Shown: in pieces, positions 11,847 to 25,117 of the stretch
How positions within the stretch are numbered: the first letter of the stretch is position 1
How the letters are laid out: each line of letters opens with the position of its first letter
Source of the DNA: Squalus acanthias
Lineage: Eukaryota
NCBI GenBank assembly: GCA_030390025.1
Contig: JASTWF010000036.1
Span: 3,102,001-3,166,000, forward strand
Length of the DNA: 64,000 nt
Direction: 5' to 3'
Made by a program: the position numbers and the translations under genes
The notes under the pieces: generated by a model
Seen by the model: the letters and a program-made list of their open reading frames with translations, nothing else
What the model was told of the DNA's origin: nothing
Databases searched by the model: none

Positions 11847-14620
11847 TAGGGAAGGAAATCTGCCGTCCTTACCTGGTCTGGACTATATGTGACTCCGACC
11901 CACAGCAATGTGGTTGACTCTTAACTGCCCTCTGAAATGGCCTAGCGAGACACTCAGTTGTAACAAACCGCTACGAAACACAATAATAAGAAAGAAACCG
12001 GACGGACCACCCGGCATCGACCTCGGCACTGGCTACGGACACGGCAACGGCACACCCAGCCTAGTCAACCCTGCAAAGTCCTCCTCACCAACATCTGGGG
12101 ACTTGTGCCAAAATTGGGAGAGCTGTCCCACAGACTAGTCAAGCAACAGCTTGATATACTCACAGAATCATACCTTTCAGCCAAACTCCTCCATCACCAT
12201 CCCTGGGTATGTCCTGTCCCACCGGCAGGACAGACCCACCAGGGGTGGCGGCACAATGGTATACAGTTGGGAAGGAGTGGCCCTGGGAGTCCTCAACATT
12301 GACTACGGACCCCATGAAGACTCATGGCTTCAGGTCAAGCATGGGCAAGGAAACCTCCTGCTGATTACCACCTACTGCCCTCCCTCAGCTGATGAATCAG
12401 TACTCCTCCATGTTGAACACCACTTGGAAGAAGCAAGGGCACAGAATGTACTCTGGGTGGGGGACTTCAATGTCCATCACCAAGAGTAGCTCGGTAACAC
12501 CACTACTGACCAAGCTGGCCGAGTCCTGAAGGACATAATTGCCAGTCTGGGCCTGCGACAGGGTGGTGAGAGAACCAACACGAGGGAAAAACCTACTTGA
12601 CCTCGTCCTCACCAATCTACCTGTCACAGATGCATCTGTCCATGACAGTATTGGTAGTAGTGACCACCGCACAGTAATTGTGGAGACGAAGTCCCATCTT
12701 CACACTGAGGACACCCTCCATCGTGTTGTGTGGCACCACCACCGTGCTAAATGGGACAGATTCAGAACAGATCTAGCAGCTCAAAACTAGGCATCCATGA
12801 GGCGTAGAGGGCCACATCCAGTCGTGAATGGTGGTGGACCATTAAACAACTAACGGGAGGAGGAGGCTCCATGAATATCCCCATCCTCAATGATGGTGGA
12901 GCCCAGCACATGAGTGCAAAAGACAAGGCTGAAGCGTTTGCAACCATCTTCAGCCAGAAGTGCCGAGTGACTGATCCATATCGGCCTCCTCCTGAGGTCC
13001 CCACCATCACTGAAGCCAGTCTTCAGTCAATTCGATTCACTCCACGTGATATCAAGAAACGGCTGAGCGCACTGGATACAGCAAAGGCTATGGACCCCGA
13101 CAACATCCCAGCTGTCGTGCTGAAGACTTGTGCTCCAGAACTAGCCGCCCCTCTAGCCAAACTGTTCCAGTACAGCTACAACACTGGCATCTATCCGACA
13201 ATGTCGAAAATTGCCCAGGTATGTCCTGTCCACAAAAAGCAGGACAAATCCAACCCGGCCAATTACTGCCCCATCAGTCCACTCTCAATCATCAGCAAAG
13301 TGATGGAAGGTGTTGTCGACAGTGCTATCAAGCGGCACTTACTCACCAATAACCTGCTCACTGATACCCAGTTTGGGTTCCGCCAAGACCACTCGGCTCC
13401 CGACCTCATTACAGCCTTGGTCCAAACATGGACAAAGGAGCTGAATTCCAGAGGTGAGGTGAGAGTGACTGCCCTAGACATCAAGGCAGCATTTGATTGA
13501 ATGTGGCGTCAAGAGCCCTAGTAAAACTGAAGTCAACGGGAATCGGGGGGAAAACACTCCACTGGCTGGAGTCATACCTAGCACAAAGGAAGATGGTTGT
13601 GGTGTTTGAAAGTCAATCATCACAGCCCCAGGACATCGCTACAGAGTTCCTCAGGGCAGTGTCCTAGGCCCAACCATCTTCGGCTGCTTCATCGATGACC
13701 TTCTCCCCAACATAAGGTCAGAAATGGAGATGTTCGCTGATGACTGCACAGTGTCCTGTGCCATTCACAACTCCTCAGATAATGAAGCAGTCCATGCCCG
13801 CATGCAATAAGACCTGGACGACATTCAGGCTTGGGCTTGATAAGTGGCAGGTAACATTCGTGCCACAGAAGTGCCAGGCAATGACTATCTCCAACCAGCG
13901 AAAGTCTAACCACCTCCCCCTGACATTTAGCGGTATTACCATCGCCGAAACCCCCACCATCAACATCCTGGGGGTCACCATTGACTAGAAACTTAACTGG
14001 ACCAGCCACATAAATACTGAGGCAACAAGAGGTCAGAGGCTGGGTATTCTGCGGTGAGTGTCTCACCTCCTGACTCCCCAAAGGCTTTCCACCATCTACA
14101 AGGCACAAGTAAGGAGTGTGATGGAATACTCTCCACTTGCCTGGATGAGTGCAGCTCCAACAACACTCAAGAAGCTCAACACCATCCAGGACAAAGCAGC
14201 CCGTTTGATTGGCACCCCATCCACCACCTTAAACATTCAGTCCCTCCACCGTGTACCGTGGCTGCAGTGTGTACCATCTACAAGATGCACTGCAGCAACT
14301 CGCCAAGGCTTCTTCGGCAGCACCTCCCAAACCCGCGGCCTCTTCCACCTAGAAGGACAAGGGCATCAGGCGCATGGGAACACCACCACCACTCCACGTT
14401 CCCCTCCAAGTCACACACCATCCTGACTTAGAAGTATATCGCTGATCCTTCATCGTCGCTGGGTCAAAATCCTGGAACTCCCTCCCTAACAGCACTGTGG
14501 GAGTACCTTCACCACACGGACTGCAGTGGTTCAAGAAGGCGGCTCACCACCACCCTCTCGAGGGCAATAAATGCTGGCCTTGCCAGCGACGCCCACATCT
14601 CATAAACGAATTAAAAAAAA
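11847..14620 (+). mobile_element. Near-full-length decayed APE-RT LINE (CR1/L2 group) with an LF-SINE-like 5' leader and no visible ORF1
   Basis: APE motifs (NIWGLVPK...LTESYL, VGDFNVHH, LDLVLTN, SDH) and RT motifs (QFGFRQDHS, LDIKAAFD, PQGSVLGP, MFADD) broken by frameshifts and stops; poly(A) at ~14613-14621. Confidence 0.9.
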
Positions 14621-15039
14621 ATAATAGAAAGCAAAGCATAGTAATATTCCACCAACAGGTCCCTTCGAAGAATCAGTCAAGCCTGCTGCATTTTCTCTGA
14701 TTAACCTTCTTCATCCTAGTCTCTGATATTGACCCAAGGGATCATCCAACAAACTAAATTGCAGTTCTGCTAATAGAAGAGCAATTTTACATTCCTGGCA
14801 CCAAACAGAACTAAAAAATACAATGCTTGTACCTAGATATACACGGCACAGGCACAATGGGCCAGATGGCCTCCTTCTGTACTGTACCATTCCATATTGT
14901 GTCCGATCACATTGGACTGTCTCAGAACGCAATGAGTGACTTTCTGCAGTCCAGTGACTGTTACGCAGCCAAACGTGGCCCCATTCTGCACCAGCAACAT
15001 CCCATAAACAGCAACGAGATGAATAACCAATCAATTTGC

Positions 15040-15288
15040 TCTTGGTGATTGAGGCTTGTCAAGAGAGGAATGTTGGCCAATCCCAGGAGAACTCCCTGCG
15101 TTCTCACAACCAGTGTCGTGGGATGGTTTGTGTCCACCTGAGAGGGCAGACGGGGCCTCGGTTTAACGTCTCATCCGAAAGACGGCACCTCCGACAGTGC
15201 AGCACTCCCTCAGCACTGCACTGGAGTGTCAGCCTAGACTTTTGTGCTCAAGTCTCTGGAGTGGGACTTGAACCCACGACCTTCTGAC

Positions 15289-15329
<41 letters not shown>

Positions 15330-15354
15330 CTACCCACTGAGCCACAGCTGACAC
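15040..15354 (-). mobile_element. DeuSINE (SacSINE1-like) with an internal (GA)n expansion
   Basis: Reverse complement of the tRNA head and Deu domain; (GA)n at ~15295-15326. Confidence 0.8.
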
Positions 15355-15713
15355 GGAGGAGTCAGCTCGATTATATGCTCAAATCCTGGTGTGACCCTCT
15401 CCAACCTTCTGAGCCACAGGTGAGAGTGCTGCAAGCTGAGCCAAGCTGACATTCTAAAGAGAACCATGAGACAATTTCACAACAGTTTGACTGGTTTCCT
15501 GCTCAGACAAAGCTGAGCTTTCTCTGGTCAGTCGATACTTTGCTGCTTTTTCTTTTAAAAAAAGAGCAATTTTACATTGCGTGATTGGGTATGATGTACT
15601 TCTTCCAGGTTTCAATACGTCTACACTTGTCCCAACATATCTTTCACTGCTTGCCAAGATTTAAACATCCTGTTGTTTTTAAAATACGACTCTTCTCTTT
15701 TCAAGATATTTTC

Positions 15714-15882
15714 ACAGAATCACAGAATCCCCACAGTGCAGATAGAGGCCATTTCGGCCCATCGAGCCTGCACCGACACATATCCCACCCTATCCCCGTA
15801 ACCCCACGTATTTAATCCCCCCTAACACTAAGGGTCAATTTATCACAGCCAAATCAACCTAACCCGCACATCTTTGGACTGG
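15714..15882 (-). mobile_element. Truncated V-SINE (HE1-like) 3' part
   Basis: gggtcaattta...caacctaacccgcacatctttggactg V-domain-like text joined to a CR1-type tail; recognised from memory. Confidence 0.55.
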
Positions 15883-15986
15883 TTTTCTTCCTTTCCCCTA
15901 TTTTTGGCTCTCTCCCCAGGCCGCAATTCTCTCCTGGTGATTCACTCCAACCAACCAGCCTTTACGAGGCGCTCAAAAGCAGCCCA

Positions 15987-16580
15987 ACAATAACTTGTAT
16001 TTATATAGCACCTTTAACCTACTAAAACACAGGAGCGTTATCAAACAAAACTTGACACCGAGCCACACAAGGAGATATTACGGCAGATGACTAAAAGCTT
16101 GGTCAGAGAGGTAAGGTTTTAAGGGGCGTCTTAAAGGAGGAGAGAGGGGTTTAGGGAGGGAATTCCAGAACTTAGGGCCCAGGCAGCTGAAGGCACGGCC
16201 ACCAATGGTGGAGCGATTAAAATCGGGGATGCTCAAGAGGGCAGCATTAGAGGAGCGCAGAGATCTCGGGCGTTTGGAGGAGATTACAGAGATAGGGAGG
16301 GGCGAGGCCATGGAGGGATTTGAAAACAAGGATTCGAACTTTTAAATCGCGGTGTTGCTTAACCAGGGACCAATGTAGGTCAGTGAGCACAGGGCGGGCG
16401 ATGGGCGAACGGGACTCGGTGCGAGTTAGGACACGGGCAGCCGAGTTTTGGATGACCTCAAGTTTACGTAGGGTGGAATGTGGGAGGCCAGCCAGGAGTG
16501 CGTTGGAATAGTCAAGTCTAGAGATAACAAAGGCATGGATGAGGGTTTCAGCAGCGGATGAGCTGAGGCAAGGGCAGTGT
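15987..16580 (-). mobile_element. L2 LINE 3' fragment
   Basis: STIGGRAFSCLGPKFWNSLP motif and L2 tail (aaaggtgctatataaatacaagtt). Confidence 0.8.
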
Positions 16581-16909
16581 TACGAAGGAGCCCAGAGTGA
16601 TTCTCTGTCTCTTCATTGTGCTATATTCTCTTTCAGATGAGCCGTTAAACCGAGGCCTCGTCTGGATGTAAAAGATCCCAAGGCACTATTTGAAGAATAG
16701 CAGGGCAGTTCTCCCAATATTCCTCCCTCAAGCAACATCACTAAAACAGATTAACTACTCTTTCATCTCGTTGCTGTTTGTGGGGTCTTCCTGTGCCCAA
16801 AATGGCTGCTCCATTTGCCGACATAACAAGTCAGTGTACTCCAAAAAGTAATTCACTGTACGTGGAGCACTTTGACACATTGTAGAGACATGATGAGTTG
16901 CTATACAAA

Positions 16910-17447
16910 GCCCAAAGCCTTTCCACCATCTACAAGGCACAAGTAAGGAGTGTGATGGAATACTCTCCACTTGTCTGGATGAGTGCAGCTCCAACAACAC
17001 TCAGGACAAAGCAGCCCGCTTGATTGGCACCCCATCCACCACCTTAAACATTCACTCCCTCCACCACCGGCGTACCGTGGCTGCAGTGTGTACCATCTAC
17101 AAGATGCACTGCAGCAACTCGCCAAGGCTTCTTCGGCAGCACCTCCCAAACCCGCGACCTCTTCCACCTAGAAGGACATGGGCATCAGGCGCATGGGAAC
17201 ACCACCACCTGCAAGTTCCCCTCCAAGTCACACACCATCCTGACTTGCAGGTATATCGCCGATCCTTCATCGTCGCTGGGTCAAAATCCTGGAACTCCCT
17301 CCCTAACAGCACTGTGGGAGTACCTTCACCACACGGACTGCAGCGGTTCAAGAAGGCGGCTCACCACCACCTTCTCAAGGGCAATTAGGGATGGGCAATA
17401 AATGCTGGCCTTGCCAGCGACACCCAGATCCCATAAGCGAATAAAAC
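16910..17447 (+). mobile_element. LINE 3' fragment (family of 11847-14620)
   Basis: ORF ending KKAAHHHLLKGN plus the shared tail. Confidence 0.85.
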
Positions 17448-18391
17448 AAAACGCATGTCTTTCTCGGATTTGCCCTCTCTCTGGCTCTCGAGATGGGCAG
17501 GCGCCCAGCCTCTCCCAGCAACTCACCATGGTGGCACAAGAGATCATTAACACACGGTATGAAGTATCATGGCATGAAATATAATGGGCACAAACCCATT
17601 TGCTTCCACCCCAACGCCCTGGGTATTATCTCTATGTGCATCGAGTGCTTTGGTTACCTCCAGACTCGACTATTCCAATGCTCTCCTAGCCACCCTCTAA
17701 ACTTCATCTCATCCAAAACTCTGCTGCCCGTATCCTAACCCCCACCTGGTTTGATTGGTACGTGCAAAACGTCGCAGGCTGCTCTGTCAATGTGCAAATT
17801 CTGCTATTTTGCTTCATGTTACATCCCAGCTTCACTGTAACACAGTCCGGGGAAATCAGTGCAGAAGCAAAAACTGGCGTAGTTCCAAGTCTACCCAAAA
17901 AACAACTCTTACAGAAGCACACTAGGTATTATAGCGTGGCTTTGATCCTGCACCTCACAGGCATGAACACTGCTACGGAGGCGATAGCAAGCAAGCCCTC
18001 ACACGTCTGGAGGCTGAATGAAAAAAAACACGAGCAGCATTTTCAGATTCACCCTGTGAATCGTCAACTGCTCTGAATGGGCACCACTGTACCAAGGGGA
18101 GGGGCTGGATTTTCAGTGCAATGTCCCCTCCCTCCCACTCCGCTCCCCTCCCCACCCCCCAGTTTAGCAGTCTTGTTCCCAGTTTTTGTTTCTGAAAAGC
18201 CTCCCTGTCTTTCACCGTGTCCTCCCCCCCCCACCCCAAGTATCATTCCAGTTCCTCCTTGGCATGGAGCCACTGCCCTTAATTCAGCACTAAACTACCA
18301 ATCTCGCTCAAAGAGACTACAGGATGGGGGACGTGGGAAATGGATAAATGTCCCACTGGCACAGCAGGGGGTTACTCGCCTGAGGTTGGGC

Positions 18392-18780
18392 CAGGGTCGC
18401 CAACTCTGGTTGGACGTATTCCAGGAAGTTTCATCACATGACCTCCTGCCTCCAACCGCCCTGCCCCCACACTCCTGCCATTGGTCGCCCAACACGTCCA
18501 TCCTCACGGTGCCCCGCCTTCCCATGGCCAATTGGAAAGCGAACAGACTCTTCGTTACCTGATTGGATGATTCTTGACTGTCAATCAAACAACCTTTCCC
18601 CCCTCCCCCATGTTCAATATTTTTGTAACGATTAGAGAAACGTGTTCAAAGAAAATGTTAAAAAGACACAATTTTTAATGCCCCTATGATTTTTCTCCCG
18701 GTTTGCACACAGCAGTGTCCAGGAGATTAATCTTTCATTCCTGGAGACTCCAGGCCAATCCTGGAGGGTTGGCAACCCTA
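18392..18780. mobile_element. hAT (Blackjack-like) non-autonomous element, same family, opposite orientation
   Basis: TIRs CAGGGTCGCCAAC / GTTGGCAACCCTA; 8-bp TSD ggttgggc / ggttgggg. Confidence 0.8.
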
Positions 18781-19771
18781 GGTTGGGGGCTGAGGTACAA
18801 TGGCGGGGCAGAGGAAAGGGAGCACGACTCAGCATTTAATTGCTCAATATCCAACATTGGTTCGCTTGACGCCGACAATGGGAGCACTTCCTCCACTGCT
18901 AATACCCTGTTTCTGCTCATCAGAGCACGGACAACCAAAGCTGAAACATTTCAGCTGGTGGCCTGTAGATGGCCCAAGTGGTCAAAGAATCACTTGGCAG
19001 CAACCACTGAATCAATAGGGGAGAGGATTGGGAGAAAAGGGGTCCACCACCCTTTAGGAAGAATGCTGATCCAGTGGTGTCCCCCATTTTCAAATTTGGT
19101 ACAAGCCAGGTACACATGGCGGAATGTTCCAAAGGGAGAGTGCGAGTAAACAAACCAAGGTAAACCCCACATTGTTAAGCCATGACACGGTGTACCTTTC
19201 ATTTTACACAGATGATACAGCATGAGGAGCTTTACATTGCACGGCCCATAGCGGACAGGTGACAACGATGGAGACCATGCTGCCTGCTACTGATGGGTTC
19301 AAGATGGTATTCCAACCAAAGGGCTCAGGTTACGTAGGAACAGGAGGAGGCTATTCAGCCCCTTCGAGCCTGTTCCACCATTCCATTTTCTTTGCTACTA
19401 CCATACGAAGGAAGAAAAAGTTTATCAGAGTGCAGGAAATTTGAATCTAGTCGATTGAACAGGCTGCGAGTGCAGGTAGATGGGCCCGCTCCAATTGCCT
19501 TTGGCTCAAGATAGATCAATCTGGTTTCTTTGCTGGGGGATCGAAGAGGGCCAGCAGGATGAATCACATTAAAAGCTGCTCTTAGGTTGCACAAGACCCA
19601 GGATGCTACCACAGGTTCCTGAAGCACGGTCTTGCACAGCTGGCTCCAAGCCCAACATCCAACTACCGAGACTCACCAAGACTGGCCGTTTGGAGGATCT
19701 GTTTTTAGCACAGGCCAGCAACATCACATGGAACAGACCCACACTTTGGGAACTAGCGTGGGTCATAGCAA

Positions 19772-20350
19772 CATCGGAACAGGAGGAGGCCATTTAGCCC
19801 CATTCCATTAGATCATGGCTGATCTGTATCTTAACTCCATTTACCTGCCTTGGTTCCGTAACCCTTAATACTCTTGCCCAACAAAAATCTATCAATCTCA
19901 GTTTTTAAATGTTCATTTGACCCCCAGACTCAACAGCTTTTTGGGGGAGAGTTCCAGATTTCCACCACCCTTTGTGTGAAGAAGTGCTTCCTGACATCAC
20001 CCCTGAACGGCCTGGCTCTAATTTTAAGGTTATGCCCCCTTGTTCTGGAATCCCCCACCAGAGGAAATAGTTTCTCTCGATCTACCCTATCAATTCTTTT
20101 AATCATCTTAAACACCTCAATTAGATCACCCCTTAATCTTCTATACTCAAGGGAATACAAGCCTAGTCTATGTAACCTGTCTTCATAATTTAATCCTTTT
20201 AGCCCCGGTATCATTCTGGTGAATCTGTCCTGCCCCACCCCCCCCCTCCAAGGCCAATATATCCTTCCTGAGGTGCGGGGCCCAGAACTGAACGCAGTTA
20301 CTCCAGATGGGGAGTGACCAGAGCTCTGTACAGCTGTAGCATAACTTCAA
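19772..20350 (-). mobile_element. CR1 LINE 3' fragment
   Basis: [21 protein letters not shown] motif. Confidence 0.85.
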
Positions 20351-20937
20351 CCATAAACCACAAGAACAAAGCTGGAATGGCTTGTATCTATCATCTGAAC
20401 CCCAAGATTGGATTGCTGGTGTCACTAGATGTACTGAATGCATTGCCATCAAATACTATAGGAACAAAATCACACTGAGCCAATACACTTGTGTGGTTCT
20501 TAAGGCGTAGGAAGAACGTCACTATTTTATGAATTACGTTATGTTTATTATTATTAATTTGGTTGGAAGATGGACTTCAGGAACCTGCTCCACAGTGCCA
20601 CCTGGTGGACAGAGCCATCAACAACACCATGACCGTTGACATATCAAAAACGACTGGGAAATGTGGACACAAAAGCGTGACCAAAAATCAGGACAACAGG
20701 AAGTAAGGCTTTTTGGGCAGGAAGTGTGTGTCCTACACAAGATCTTTAATATATAGATATTCTTTGTCAGGTTGGTCAGAAACTAACAACTCCACTGCTG
20801 ACCATTACAGTTCCTTCAGAAATAAAGAAATTGTTGGTTTGAAAGGAGTCCCACCGTTGGGCTCCTTTCCATACCGGCGGTTGGAATGTCTGCAGTGAGC
20901 AAAAGAAAAATACAAATCCTGTTTTTTTAAAAACCAG

Positions 20938-21410
20938 AACTGAGAGGTTTATAACTATCAGGAAAGACTGAACAGGCTGGGACTCTTTCTCTAGAAAAGA
21001 GAAGGCCGAGTGGTGACCTAATTGTGGTCTTTAAAATTAGGAAGGGGTTCGATAGGGTAGACGTAGAGAAGATGTTTCCACTTATGGAGGAGACCACAAC
21101 CAGGGGCCATCAGTTTAAGATTGTCACTAATAAATCCAATAGGGAATTCAGGAGAAACTTCTTTCACCCAGAGAGTGGTGAGAGTGTGGAACTCGCTACC
21201 ACAGGGAGTGGTTGAGGCGAATAGTATAGATGGATTTAAGGGGAGGCTAGACAAGTACATGAGGGAGAAAGGAATATAGAAGGATCTGTTGATAGGGCGA
21301 GATGAAGTAGGGTGGGAGGAGGCTCGTGTGGAGCATAAACAAACACTGGCATAGACCTGTTGGACTGAATGGCCTGTTTCTGTGCTGTAGACTCTATGTA
21401 ATGCTATGTA
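20938..21410 (+). mobile_element. CR1 LINE 3' fragment
   Basis: GFDRVDVEKMFPL... ORF remnant and CR1 3' UTR. Confidence 0.8.
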
Positions 21411-21989
21411 AACAGTGAGCTGCAGGGATCATCAACAGAATGAATTACGCAGCTGGTTTCTGAACTGAAGACTATCGTACAAGTACAACTGAGTCACTGT
21501 AAATGCTAATCGCCTCCCCTCTCCACTACGTTGAACATTTCAAACCCTTACCTTCATTGGAGCTGTACGGTTGAAAGACACTTTTAATAAGCCTAAGGTG
21601 CAGGCCTCACCTTCTCACTGGGCCCGGGGGTTAATGGAAGGTCGTTGGGTTTCTCATCCAATTTTGGCATCACCTCAACGAGCGTGGGTTGGAGTGTGAC
21701 TTTCCATCAAAGTACCCACAACCTGACCCAGAATCGAACACGAGACAGTTCGTCAAGGTGAATTGAGCAGAAAATAATAGCAGCAGGGTAAATGGGGAAG
21801 TCGTGTAACCTCCAACTAATCAGGTTAAAGATAAGTTTGTTTTGTTTAGCATTTGAAACCTAAGCAGTGCAAAGGAACTTTTCCTACTGTGTCCACACGA
21901 ATAGTGAGAAAGATCTTCAGTACAATTATAGATTGTGTCCATCCAAACACGGGTTATGTCTGGAGAGAGGACTTAGAGCTATGTTAGCC

Positions 21990-22238
21990 ACGGCACTATT
22001 TCGAAGAAGAGCAGGGGAGTTCTCCCCGGTGTCCTGGGGCCAATATTTATCCCTCAACCAACATCACTAAAACAGATTATCTGGTCACTATCACATTGCT
22101 GTTTGTGGGAGCTTGCTGTGCACAAATTGGCTGCTGTGTTTTCCACATTACAACAGTGACTACACTCCAAAAGCACTTCATTGGCTGTAAAGCACTTTAG
22201 GACAGCCTGAGGTCATGAAAGGCGCTATAGAAATGCAG
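21990..22238 (+). mobile_element. DeuSINE 3' half
   Basis: Deu domain and tail nearly identical to the other copies. Confidence 0.8.
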
Positions 22239-22872
22239 GTACAATAATGGGCATTTGTTTGGGTAAAGGCACTAGCTGGTACAGTAATGGGCATTTATTT
22301 TGGTATCCCAGGTTTCCCAGTTGGGACAGTACAATTGGTCTTAGATATCTGAAAAAGTAAGCCAATACACTTGTTGTGTGATGCTCTTAATTCTTTTCCT
22401 CAACTTGCTCCCAACAAAGTACTTCATCTTAGTGTTATGTAGCTCAAAATACTTTCCAGACACAACTTAACCTGGGTACTTGTGCTTGATTTCTACGTGT
22501 TGGCTGAGAACTGGCCTGCCGACAATCACTGTTTAGGCTCCTACATTAAGAATGGCCCAGGACTGGTGGGCAGCTGGTATCCATAGAAGAGTTAATACCT
22601 TGAGGAGACGAGAGGAAAACTGGGGCAGGGGAACATGGGGGGGTGGGGGACAGAAGTTCGTTTATTTTTAATATTACATGGTGCCAAAAGGATAAAAGAA
22701 AGAAAGTCATCTACTGTTTCACGCACGTCCATCACAACTAAGAACCACAAAAAAGGTTTCATGGACATGACAGATTTTTTAATTAAAAAGCAACAACGGC
22801 CAAGAGTTTCCTGGAATGCAGCCAGTTTTACAAGATCAGAGCCAAGATGGCGGTTTACGGAAAAGGTGCAAA

Positions 22873-23297
22873 GAAAGAAAGACTTGCATTTCTATAGCAC
22901 CTTTCACGACCTCAGGACATCCCAAAGCACTTTACAACTAATTAAGTACTTTTTGAAGCACAATTTGCGCACAGCAAGCTCCCACAAACAGCAATGTGAG
23001 AATGACCAGATAATCTGTTTTTACTGATGTTGGTTGAGGGATAAATATTGGCCCAGGACACCGGGGAGAACTCCCCTGCTCTTCGAAATAGTGCCAAGGG
23101 ATCTTTTACATCCACCTGAGAGAGCAGACGGGGCCTGGCTTTAACGTCTCATCCGAAAGACGGCACCTCCGACAGTGCAGCACTCCCTCAGTACTGCACT
23201 GGAGTGTCAGCCTGGATTTTGTGTTCAAGTCTCTGGAGTGGGACCCCACAACCTTCTGACTCAGAGGCGCGAGTGTGACCCACTGAGCCACGGCTGA
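22873..23297 (-). mobile_element. DeuSINE (SacSINE1-like)
   Basis: Full head-body-tail on the reverse strand. Confidence 0.85.
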
Positions 23298-23330
23298 GCC
23301 AAAGCTCATGTGGTCATCTGTTGCATTTTA

Positions 23331-23462
23331 TTCTGACGAAGGGTCATCGACCTGAAACGTTAACTCTGTTTCTCTCTCCACAGACGCTGCCTGACCTGCT
23401 GAGTATCTCCAGCATTTTCTGTTTTTATTTCAGATTTCCAGCATCTGCAGTATTTTCTTTTT
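23331..23462 (+). mobile_element. Penelope-like element terminal fragment with a minimal hammerhead motif (23333-23364)
   Basis: CTGACGA-a-GGGTC-atc-GACCT-GAAA-CGT-T-AAC followed by the same tail as the 42293-42734 copy. Confidence 0.75.
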
Positions 23463-23856
23463 GTGTTGCATTTTGTTATTGGTTGTCACAGTAACAGACA
23501 AGTGGGCACGGTATTTGGGTTTGCTCGGGTTGTGGTCTGTAAAGCCCTGCCTCTCAGCTCAATGGCTGAGCATTTTAGTCAAGGGTGGTGGGTCTCGGTG
23601 ATCTTCTTTTATCTGGCGTGGGGAAGGGGCTGCGGGACACAGAGGCAGGACCTAAAGACCACCACTTTTTTTTTTTAATGACTGTTTTTAACTGGTAGAA
23701 TGGCACCAACTCACTGTGCCACACAGTTACGGGGTGTGGTTTTGTGCCTGTGATTTCTTCACAAACTGAATACCCAACTTCGGTCATGCAGAAAAGGAAC
23801 ACTTCCTCCAATAGGGAGACAGACAGGTTCACCCCCTCCTTCCCCCACACCAGTCC

Positions 23857-24223
23857 GAAGGTTGCCAACCCTCCAGGATTGCTCTGGAGTCTCCAGGAAT
23901 TGAAGATTTATCTCCTGGACACTTCTGCGAGCAAATTTGGGAAAAACCATAGGGACATTTAGTTTTTATAAATGGGTTTTTATTTTTATTTATTAGTTAT
24001 AAAAATATTGGAGATGAGGGGAAAAAAAGGGCTGATTGACTGACAGTCAGGATTAATCCAATCCAATCGGGCAACGAAGAGTTTGTTTGCTTTTCAATTG
24101 GCCGCGGGAAGGCGGGCGCCCGGAGGATGGACCAATGACGGGAGTGCGGTTTGGGGTGGTCAGCAGTGAGAGGTCATGTGATGAAACTTCCAGGAATACG
24201 CCCAACCAGAGTTGGCGACCCTA
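23857..24223. mobile_element. hAT (Blackjack-like) non-autonomous element, same family
   Basis: TIRs GAAGGTTGCCAAC / GTTGGCGACCCTA; 8-bp TSD accagtcc / gccagtcc. Confidence 0.8.
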
Positions 24224-25117
24224 GCCAGTCCACCCTGTGCGCCCTCCCCAGCGGCGGATTCCAGCATCGAGTGTTCGAGACGCCCAGCAACAGGCCGCCC
24301 AATCACCCGCTCAGCTGCAGGCCATGGGGCGCACAGGGAGAGCAAGAAAGGGGAGGGGAAATCGCTGCGAAAAAAAGAGGCAGTTACATCCTCAACAAAA
24401 ACACACACTGTTAACAAGTGGATATTGTGAAAGAAAATTATATTTGAATTGAGATAAGAATGGCACGACTTCACGTTGACAGCTAATTCAACAGGCCTCA
24501 AATTCAGCACTCCAGGCAAGCGCACCTGTCAGCCTTGTTCATTGTGCAACCGAGTGTAGATAAAGGCCGACATTGTTCAAGCCCAGAATATTGGTGCACT
24601 CCTCCTCATCAACTGATCCACTCCCAGCACTTGTACTATATTTACCTTACAGATTGGCTGCTGTTGGAACTGCTGCAAATGCACTAGTGTCTCCAGGAGC
24701 ACAGTAGCACCTCAAGGGACGTTTCCCCAACTCTCACCCCCCTCCCCATGATACTGCTTGATTGCGTGCTCCCCCGCCCTGCCCCACCAAGGCTGAACAT
24801 TTGGCCATGCAGTAGTCACATTGATGATCAGTCTGAGCCCATCTCAGCTATCAGGGAAGGTCTGCAAGACACCGAGTGCTTCCATTTTTTAATTATTTTA
24901 TTAATTTAGGGCGAGGGGAATTGTGGTTGGGGGGGCGGGGGGAGCGGAGATTGGGACCTTTCCGTTTATAGTTATATTCCAAATACAAATCAATGTGGTT
25001 CTGGGGAAAGGACGAGCAACGCAAGAGAGGGACACACACAGATAAGCAGGGTCTCCATCACTATTGTGCCTGTGGAAGCTGCTCAAGAGAAGTCACCCGA
25101 CACATGGAAGCCTTTTC

